Shown piece by piece: positions 9,800-20,000 of a stretch of 20,000 nt of DNA; position 1 is the first letter of the stretch, and each line of letters starts with the position of its first letter. Source of the stretch: Xylographa opegraphella (lineage: Eukaryota); assembly GCA_022813865.1 (NCBI GenBank), contig JALDZX010000080.1, forward strand, positions 49,006 to 69,005, read 5' to 3'. The notes under the pieces are model-generated. The model made no database searches, was not told where the DNA came from, and worked only from the letters and a program-made list of their open reading frames with translations. The position numbers and the translations under genes are program-made.

Positions 9800-10975
9800 A
9801 TGCCACGTCCAGGACTTCCCCCGACGCCTGCATCGTCGACTGATCTTCAGGCGAAAGAACATGCACGACCATCGCCTTTCGAGATGTCCTTCACGCTTCC
9901 ACCACCAGCGATGACCTCCACGGGCAGCGACCGCTCCTCCAATGCCTCCGTTGAGTCCGACGCTTCTTATCATCCAGTCTCACCTACATCGCCCGTGGTC
10001 AAGACGACAAACAACAAGCCACGTCGAGCGCTGAGCACTCAAAAGCAGGAGCCGCAGCAGACGACACATGCAGATTTCTCACTACCTCCTCCTCCGACCA
10101 GGTCGCGCAAGATCATACAGATGAGACCGAGTCACGGCAACACCGCAGTCTCCATCGTACCACCAAGCTCCAAGAGCGCAGACAAGAAAGGCGCAGCCCA
10201 CCCCACCAACCCATCAGCCGGCAAGAAACAACCCACCACCACCAGCGTCGCAGGCAAGAAGATCGCGCGCAAGACCGCCCACTCCCTCATCGAACGACGG
10301 CGGCGCTCGAAAATGAACGAGGAGTTCGGCGTGTTGAAAGACATGATTCCCGCCTGCCACGGCCAGGACATGCACAAGCTAGCCATCCTCCAGGCCAGCA
10401 TCGACTACCTCCGCTACCTCGAACAATGCGTCGCAGACCTCAAAGCCGCCAACGGCTCCCTGCCCGCCGTCACGGCGCACCACCAATCCCAACCCCCCAC
10501 CCAACGGGCCTTGAGCTCCGCCACGCCGACCGCCCACGACGACTCCGACTCCGACTCCGACTCCGGCAACGACGACCTGGAGATGCAGGACCCCGCTTCC
10601 GCAGACGCGTCTCCGACACTTCCATCCATGCCAGCGCGCTCCTCTCTGCCCGATGGGTACGGGTCATCCAACCCCTCGCCCGCGATGCCGCCGTCCCGGA
10701 GCGGAACCCACACCTCCTCCTACACCTCCATCTCCTCGCTCCCCTCGCCCGCCTTCTCGGCGCAGTCCTACCAGCCGAGCCACCACAGCGCCGCCTACCG
10801 CTCCGCCTACAGCCACTCGACCGAGGCCTCGCCGGCTATCGTGACCAACTCGATGCAGGATGCTGACCACGAGGCCACGGCCGCGCTGCTGATGCTCAAC
10901 ACGGACCGCCGACACACGGGCGCGGCGAAGACGGGCGGGAGGGGCATGAGCGTGCAGGATCTGCTGAGCGCGTAG
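9800..10975 (+). CDS. Basic helix-loop-helix transcription factor, ~391 aa
   Basis: First ATG at 9800 (MPRPGLPPTP; the track start at 9713 is GTG). bHLH domain ARKTAHSLIERRRRSKMNEEFGVLKDMIPAC...MHKLAILQASIDYLRYLE, Pro/Ser-rich disordered flanks, C-terminal DHEATAALLML and GMSVQDLLS motifs. Confidence 0.92.
   Translation: MPRPGLPPTPASSTDLQAKEHARPSPFEMSFTLPPPAMTSTGSDRSSNASVESDASYHPVSPTSPVVKTTNNKPRRALSTQKQEPQQTTHADFSLPPPPTRSRKIIQMRPSHGNTAVSIVPPSSKSADKKGAAHPTNPSAGKKQPTTTSVAGKKIARKTAHSLIERRRRSKMNEEFGVLKDMIPACHGQDMHKLAILQASIDYLRYLEQCVADLKAANGSLPAVTAHHQSQPPTQRALSSATPTAHDDSDSDSDSGNDDLEMQDPASADASPTLPSMPARSSLPDGYGSSNPSPAMPPSRSGTHTSSYTSISSLPSPAFSAQSYQPSHHSAAYRSAYSHSTEASPAIVTNSMQDADHEATAALLMLNTDRRHTGAAKTGGRGMSVQDLLSA
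10541..10564 (+). repeat. (GACTCC)4 coding hexamer repeat giving DSDSDSDS
   Basis: gactccgactccgactccgactcc read directly inside the bHLH CDS. Confidence 0.8.
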
Positions 10976-11180
10976 GTCAGTAGAGGAGGGGAGGGCTTGC
11001 GTAGAGACGAGAGCCACGATGCGGGTTGGTGGTGCATTCACGGTCTGCTACTAGGAAATGCCTGCTATGATATATGACGATGGTGTGGAGGCCGGAGGGC
11101 AACCGGTTGGACGGGCCGGGGCATGGCGTTTGACGGTGCTTTTCGTGTGGGATATGGGCGCTTGCGGTAGAGGAAAAGCA

Positions 11181-11198
11181 TGCTTGCTTGCTTGCTTG
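11181..11198. repeat. (TGCT)n microsatellite
   Basis: tgcttgcttgcttgcttg downstream of the bHLH stop codon. Confidence 0.75.
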
Positions 11199-12396
11199 GG
11201 TCGATGCATTGCTTTACAGATAGAGTCTAGACGTGGCATGTTCAGGGAGCCTGGTTACTGGTCTCAATTCCATATCCATACGCACTTGCTGTGGCAAATG
11301 GCAATCTTGCCTGCTGGCTTGACTTGCTGCTACTCCGATCCCACCCCTGAGACTTCTCAGCATTGAAGCTCGCGTGTTTAGACAGCGATTGCATACTTCG
11401 CAGACCTCGCTGGAAGAGATTTCCCATGCGTTCGACTCCCATCAGACCCCTTCCAACCCCCTTCGCAACGCACTCTTGAAATGACAAAGCACCCACACCG
11501 CATTGTTCCGCGGTCAGCGCGTGGATGACAGGTGAGATTGGGAACGATGGATGTATTCACTGCATCACGATTACTGATGGTCACAGAGGATAAGTGCTAC
11601 AGCGAAGACCGTTCGAGATTGTGAACATGTGGGAGTCAAGCATTACTGTTCATGAAGGCGATGGAGTACACATAGCAAGGATAGAAGATTGGAGGTCGGA
11701 TCAATGAGCGGTCCACGGAATCGGGTCCTACCCACCAGCGGTCGTATGAGTGTAGGGTCTAAAATAGTCGGACCAACCAGGCCGAAGGAGCAAGCTGAGT
11801 AGCCCTCGCGCCCATAGCCAGATGACTGACCTATTGTAATTGTACCTATATTACACAGTTTGAGCGATTAGCAATCGTTGAGGAGTGCAACGGAATGCCC
11901 GGCTTAATCGACAATGTGGTTGGAATAACCGGCATTTGGCTTGTCGCGGCGGAGGTACATCCGAGAAACACCGAAATTGATCGAGGCGACGTGGGTTTGA
12001 TTGCGCAAACACCGCAACTCGTGCCCAACATAATCTGAAGATCAAGATGAGACACAAGCAATTGATGTAATTCAGCTCGACCAAGAATAACAATGGCAGC
12101 ACAGAGTCCGTTCGTGCCTTCGATTGATCGATGCTCGCTTAGGTTCCCCAGAATTCGCTAGCGCGTGGGGTAGCGTGACATGAGGGGTTGCGATCCGATA
12201 ATGCCTCAGCAGAGGCACGGGACCTGGAGGGCAGGCCGTCAACCCCGCACGAGGCAGCTCTTCATCCCTTTCCAACCAGCTCCTTCCACGGTCACATCTT
12301 CTCGTACCTGAGCATCTTCATCCATTATAGACCTCACTTCTGAATCTCAAGACGTGGCCTTCGACTCTTGTCATAACTCTTTCAACATCAATCATC

Positions 12397-13170
12397 ATGT
12401 CAGCAGATACAGCACCACTCACCAAGGTAGATTCCGCTATCTCGGGTCTGTCATCGTCCCCACCGGAGAGCAAGATCAAACACCGGAGAGCGAGCTCGAG
12501 TGCTGCAGGCGTATATAATATCAACGACCTGGGTAAGACGGTTCCACTGCGATGCAACCACTTTCGAGATCCACTCGACGGTAAGCTGACAGTAGATAGA
12601 GTCGGAAGGAAAAGAATTATTGATAGCCAAAGAGACTCAGAAGCTCAACTGGTAAGAGTGCTTACCCACCACATCGAATGGAAGACTTGCACGGGAGCCC
12701 CATTGACATCCAGCATAGAATTAATGAACATGGTGTGACACAGAACACGAAGCTGATTTCTTTGTTGTACAGGAAGCTCAACACTTCACCGGCAACTCTG
12801 GAAGACAAGGAAGTCTTGAAGAAGTTCCTCACCACCCCTCCAGTCAAGAAGATTGACCTCCATTTCCCTCTCGGGCTTGAAGTCACAGCGCGGAATTTGA
12901 AGGGAGTAACAATCAAAGATGCACTGGATGCTATCCATAAACAATTCAAGAAAAAGGTAAGTCAAAGTCGAGACATAAGAAAAGGCACCATGATGCTAAT
13001 GTTTACCTCACCAGGCAGATGACGAGCTGGAACTCCCGGTACTCGCCGGATTCGAGTGGGATAAGGAGGAGTCGTGGACAAGGCTGAAGGTCCATCAGAA
13101 GAAGGAAGGTGCACCAGCAAGCGGCGGCGGTAAGAAGAAGAAGAACAAGGCCGGCTTGGAGGAGGAGTAG
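12397..13170 (+). CDS. Small hypothetical protein, 175 aa, 4 exons (resembles a conserved Pezizomycotina protein of unknown function)
   Basis: Model: join(12397..12532,12600..12651,12773..12956,13015..13170). Three GT-AG introns (67, 121, 58 nt) with GCTGAC/GCTGAT/GCTAAT branch sites join into one frame: MSADTAPLTKVDSA...HRRASSSAAGVYNINDLESEGKELLIAKETQKLNWKLNTSP...IDLHFPLGLEVTARNLKGVTIKDALDAIHKQFKKKADDELELPVLAGFEWDKEESWTRL...EEE*. Confidence 0.85.
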
Positions 13171-13751
13171 TAAAACCAACTCCCCTCGACGGCAGAATAC
13201 ACTGCGAAGCCCAGTCGAAAGATACGGGGGATATTGCTATGACCCAGGACACTGCATGTACCTTTTCTACTAAAGGAGAGAAAAGCCGGAGTGGGGGTTC
13301 TGGTTCGCATAGCTATTTAGATAGCCAATCGAATAACTCTGCTCAAGCTGCTGCAAGCTGCACTCATATGGCTATATGACGGCGTCTGCCAGATATTTCT
13401 GATAACCTTGAAAAGCCGAAGCCATGTAACACGCTCAGGCATAATCGCGATAACAGAGATGTGTGGTGTAGTCATAACGAAACAATCGTGCTATGGTGCC
13501 AGAAACGAATAAATATTACAACAAAAACAGAAATTGTGGGAAAGTGGGTGCAGCTCAGATACACTAGGCTCTTATCAGAATGGTCGATTTCCTACTTCAG
13601 CCCTATATTGTAGCCGTATCACTCCCAGCTTCGACGCTCTCTCTCATTAAGAGCATGTAAGACTTATGTTTGTTCTCCTTTTCGGGAGAAGCTAAAAAGC
13701 TCTCCAACCTAATAAAGGCGGCATATAATATCTTTCCACTGTAAGTGCAGT

Positions 13752-15179
13752 ATGGAGCAGCGTGCAGCAATCTCCCCTGGTTTGCCCAGGTCAAACCCGA
13801 CGGTGTCCTACTGGCAGGATCCTCCATCGTCGCTGGCGTCGCATCGCACCACTGATGCTCTTCCCACATCAGTATCTGTTCTGATCATTGGCTCTGGCAT
13901 TACCGGCTCAAGCATAGCTTACAATCTCTTATCGCAGCAACCAGCGCCCTCTGTCCTTCTGATCGAAGCGAGAACTGCTTGCAGTGGCGCAACCGGGCGC
14001 AATGGGGGTCACACCAAGTGTGCATCTTACCGATCGTTCCTGGAAAATGTGAGCTCATTGGGCGAAGCAGAAGCGGTGAAGATCGTGAGATATGAGTATG
14101 CTTGTATGAAAGCCGTGCATGCCTTTGCACGAGAGCATGGCATTGAATGTGACAGCTGGGAAGGCGACACGGTAGATGTTATCTATGATGAGGATCAGTG
14201 GAAACTGGCGAAGCATGCTGTAAAGGAGATCCGAAAGGTGCTAGGAGAGTCGGATCCAGCTTCTGTGTATCATTTCTGGGATACAAACGAAGCTGAAACC
14301 AAGCTTTTGACGCCGGGTGCTTTTGGCGCAGTATCCTACGAAGCCGGTAGCTTAAGTCCCTACAAGTTCGTCATCGGTGTGCTTCGTTTGGCCCTTGAAA
14401 AAGGACTGAACCTGCAGACAGAGACTCCTGCAATATCGATGAGGGCAACCGAGAAGGGTTGGGTTGTTGAGACGGTAAGAGGGGCCATCAACGCTGAAAA
14501 GGTGATACTTTCTACCAATGGATATACTGCGCACCTACATCCAGCGCTACAAGGAGTGATCGTGCCCTTGCGTGGACATATGACTGCTCAGCGGCCAGGA
14601 ACCCGAATGCCTTCTGAAGGACTGGGAACCACATACTCTTTCATATATGACGATGGTTATGAATACATGATTCCGCGTCCACGAGGATCAACATTCGCTG
14701 GAGACATTATGATTGGTGGTGGCTTAACCAAGGCTTCGCAAAAGGGACTGAATGAGTTTGGAACGACGGATGATACGTCACACGATCCTATCATCTTCAA
14801 TTACCTACAGAAAAGTACACAGACTTACTTCGGCTGTAACTGGGGCGACGATCATCCAGAAGGCAGAGTTCGGAAAGCATGGACAGGCATAATGGGATAC
14901 AGCGCCGATGGATTTCCATTAGTGGGTCCGGTACCTGATGAGGACAATCTTTTTATCGCTGCTTCGTTCCAGGGTCATGGGATGGTGCTCTGTCTCTTGG
15001 CTGCAAAAGCATTAGTGCAAATCATGGCAGGAGACAACGTGGCAGAAATGGACAGGTGGTTTCCAAAAGCTTTTGTCATCACCAAAGAGAGGATGAAGCA
15101 TAAGTTTCAAGGACGGCTTCACACGACTGTACCAAAGGATTTGGAGATCAAACAGCCAACCAGGACACTAGCAGTATAG
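13752..15179 (+). CDS. FAD-dependent oxidoreductase, DAO family (PuuB/OrdL gamma-glutamylputrescine oxidase-like), 475 aa
   Basis: Intronless ORF with the Rossmann motif VLIIGSGITG, EAR..CSGATGRNGGH, ILSTNGYT, WTGIMGYSADGFPLVG and FQGHGM. The substrate cannot be determined from sequence. Confidence 0.9.
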   Translation: MEQRAAISPGLPRSNPTVSYWQDPPSSLASHRTTDALPTSVSVLIIGSGITGSSIAYNLLSQQPAPSVLLIEARTACSGATGRNGGHTKCASYRSFLENVSSLGEAEAVKIVRYEYACMKAVHAFAREHGIECDSWEGDTVDVIYDEDQWKLAKHAVKEIRKVLGESDPASVYHFWDTNEAETKLLTPGAFGAVSYEAGSLSPYKFVIGVLRLALEKGLNLQTETPAISMRATEKGWVVETVRGAINAEKVILSTNGYTAHLHPALQGVIVPLRGHMTAQRPGTRMPSEGLGTTYSFIYDDGYEYMIPRPRGSTFAGDIMIGGGLTKASQKGLNEFGTTDDTSHDPIIFNYLQKSTQTYFGCNWGDDHPEGRVRKAWTGIMGYSADGFPLVGPVPDEDNLFIAASFQGHGMVLCLLAAKALVQIMAGDNVAEMDRWFPKAFVITKERMKHKFQGRLHTTVPKDLEIKQPTRTLAV

Positions 15180-16345
15180 CTGTTACTTCAATCCGAGCAA
15201 CAGGAATATTGTTTGATCAATAGCTTTCTGCCATGCAAGAGCGTATTTTCCCGAAAACTTCCCGCCTTTGGGGCTTCATTCACGCTGTTGGACCATCTAG
15301 GTCCTTGGTTCCTCTATCTCTCATCAGCATTTCGAACACGAACCATGGACAGCATCAGTGACTTCGCTTCTGTCCGGGCAGGTCAACCCGATCAGCACCA
15401 GGCCTCCCGATTCCAACGCCCGAATCGCGTGAAGCATACCCAAGTTGCTCTTGTCTTTTTTGGTTGGCCTGCTTTCCATCATTCGCAGATGAAGCACGCA
15501 ATGTGGTGGGACCATTCACTTCTGTGTGTGGGCGACCGACAACTAGGAAGTGACGATACCCATCACGCTCTTCAAGGTAGCGTTGGAGAGCATAGCTCGG
15601 GTATTTGGTTCGATCTGAAAGGAGCTCGGTCCCCTTGGAAGTTCGGTGACTATGCATGAGTGCAGCAGGTTGTGATCAGCGTTGACGAACCTAAGAGAAA
15701 GGGGATATCGGGGTGGAAATTAGGTATTCATACCACATTGTATGGGCGCTCGAAGCCGTACGACGTGGATAACCCGGGAAGGAGACGGGTCAGGAAGAAG
15801 CAATGCGGCATTTTTGGAATGGCGAATGTTTTGAAGAGCAGTACCAAAAGCCAGGCCGACTGCTTGAAGTGAAGGCAGCAAAAGGAAAATGGCACGGGGC
15901 ATGTTATTGACTAAGTATTTGAGGAACATATCTAGTTTACCCCGACTAATGCTCGTTACTGTCAACCTCAGCTATTTGGCCGGAAGCATGGTCATGCTTG
16001 CGTGGAAATCTCACATTCAAGCTGACCCTAATGAGTGATAATGTGGCCTCGCCCCAGTGCTCTGCCATGGTTGTGGTTGCACGCAGCGGCACAGGGGTTC
16101 GCGCAATCATATTGCACTCGCAGTGTGTCAAGGTGACGGACGTCGTACCTTTTGGAGGATCGGCGAACGGGAAGCATCAGTATGATATTATCATTAATAA
16201 TAGTTACCTAACTTCCAACACATCGTAGCAACCCCCGATATGGTCGCGCTAAGATACTCTGTACCTTATCTTACCACTGCATTCCTTGGCTTGTGTTCCC
16301 TTTGAGTGTTTGAGTGAAAGGGCACGACGATCCGCGAGCCGTGAA

Positions 16346-16378
16346 AGCGGGTGTGTGGTTCGGAAGCACACACCCGCT
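16346..16378. other. Perfect 12-bp inverted repeat (stem-loop)
   Basis: AGCGGGTGTGTG (16346-16357), 9-nt loop GTTCGGAAG, CACACACCCGCT (16367-16378). Confidence 0.85.
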
Positions 16379-16674
16379 GACGAGACTGGGATCCCACACC
16401 GAGACACCGCTCTCAGCATTTCTGTCCCCACTCTGCTGTTAACATTAATGCAGCATGGATCGGACGTGGATCTAGCCTACATGTTACCTTAGTCTCCGAG
16501 TCTGACGCCTGCGTGCCAGGATGGTATGAGGTAATCCGGTAGATCAATATTATAATAGGTGGGGAATCCACACAGGGCCTCGAGGAAACGATGTTATGAC
16601 CAGTGAGCTGGCGGTTTGTGGCGGTGACAGCAAGGCTGCGGATTCGGCGAGTGGCTCCCTCAGGGTAGATCACT

Positions 16675-16747
16675 GTTCAATACGCCTCCCTCTGTTGCAC
16701 CGGTGTAGACCATAGTTCAATACATCTTCCTCGGGTGCACCAGTGTA
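16675..16747. repeat. Imperfect tandem duplication, period 40 bp
   Basis: gttcaatacgcctccctctgttgcaccggtgta (16675-16707) versus gttcaatacatcttcctcgggtgcaccagtgta (16715-16747): 27/33 identical by manual alignment. Confidence 0.75.
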
Positions 16748-17434
16748 CGTTCTTCAAGCAGGGAAATTGCTTATGAATTGCAAATTGTGATTACTGGACT
16801 GCCAGCTCGTCGAATCAACAAACTTATTTGCCTTTGGCTGTACATGGGAGAGAAGCTTTGGGATCAAGTTTCGCGTGTTGATGCGAGATGAGACGCTATC
16901 AATCTTGGTGCGAAAACTTCAAAAGCAGTTGAAAATACGAAACGCAGCTTCGTAGTACACACCACGGTCAACAATATATGGTCCAACCTAGAAGATGTCT
17001 TGATGGAACAGAGTGAGCGGAGATGAAGAGTCGTTCTCCCTTGTGCAGGTGTAGGACTTGACGTCCGCATTGACCAGAAATGAACCTTGATACCCCGTCA
17101 AAGGGAATACAGAAGGACTATATCGAAGATATCCCGAGATATCCAGACTCAGCCGATGACACTTTGTTCTTCTGCACCCAAGCAAAAGTCCGCACCAAGC
17201 CATCACAGTCCCGAATCCCGGACCGTTGCCAAGATCCGATGCCGATTAACTCCGATAGCATAAGCAGAATCTACCCCACACTTACCCCCGATCCGGCCTA
17301 GACCCAGAGTCGTCCCACCCTAGATAGAATGTGCTGGACCGAGGCGAACAGTCCCACTTCCACCTCTACTTGCACTTGCTCTCCTCTTCGATACCACTGA
17401 TTTTGTTGATACTACTGACTTTTGGACGGACTGA

Positions 17435-19726
<2,292 letters not shown>

Positions 19727-20000
19727 GCGTTTTTGATGACGTGGGTCAAAGCTAGTTGTTGCGCTCTTCTCCGTAGCTAGCATTGATGATAGTAGCCAAT
19801 GATATATACCTGTTGTGACTTCAACTCACAGCATCGAGATACTAAAATCTGCATTCTTTGAAATTCTGGTGTGGGATTCTTACGATTATGATTTCCGAAG
19901 TGATTTGCTGAATGAGTTAAAAGTATTTCTTTGCTCCTGTTGAAAATCCAGGGGGTTAGCAGCCTGTGTTGTCGGCTTGTACTATAGCCAATTGGGACTA

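Noticed and set aside
12533..12772. Stwintron or intronic snoRNA in the small 4-exon gene (internal GTAAGC at 12581; internal TTGAC..CAG in intron 2)
   Set aside because: The internal donor is only 19 nt from the acceptor, removing a putative internal intron does not recreate a donor, and no well-spaced C/D boxes were found.
16405..16420. TPP riboswitch (GCTGAGA on the minus strand)
   Set aside because: Lacks the downstream conserved TGATC..GATAAT..CAGCG elements, and no thiamine gene is nearby.
16335..16430. Canonical hammerhead ribozyme (CTGACGA, GAAA and a downstream GTC)
   Set aside because: No type I, II or III topology could be completed: there is no NUH immediately 5' of the long stem, and the sequence after GTC does not pair with the strand before CTGACGA.
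17080..17301. 73-aa ORF upstream of katG
   Set aside because: No recognisable motif; better explained as promoter sequence. A uORF role cannot be tested without the TSS.

Overview
Eukaryotic genomic DNA from a filamentous ascomycete (Pezizomycotina-type): short GT-AG introns with CTRAC/CTAAC-like branch points and fungal gene families. Nine protein-coding genes are supportable: the 3' end of an inosine/uridine-preferring nucleoside hydrolase, an intronless orphan ORF (~377 aa), complex I subunit ESSS/NDUFB11 (2 exons), a Cys- and Ser/Thr-rich membrane protein of the Mid2-like sensor type (2 exons), Mediator subunit Med19/Rox3 (3 exons), a divergent bHLH transcription factor, a small 4-exon hypothetical protein, a DAO-family FAD oxidoreductase and an intronless catalase-peroxidase (KatG1) ending in a PTS1-like ARL. 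I see no tRNA, rRNA, CRISPR array or recognisable transposon. I cannot support a confident new multi-gene system. The best leads are a cluster of hairpins (including a perfect 12-bp stem) in the 2.3-kb gap before katG, the orphan ORF with a repeated upstream 10-mer, an E-box cluster upstream of the bHLH gene and a CCGAT/GAT cluster in the katG promoter. All splice models and family assignments were made by eye, without database searches.
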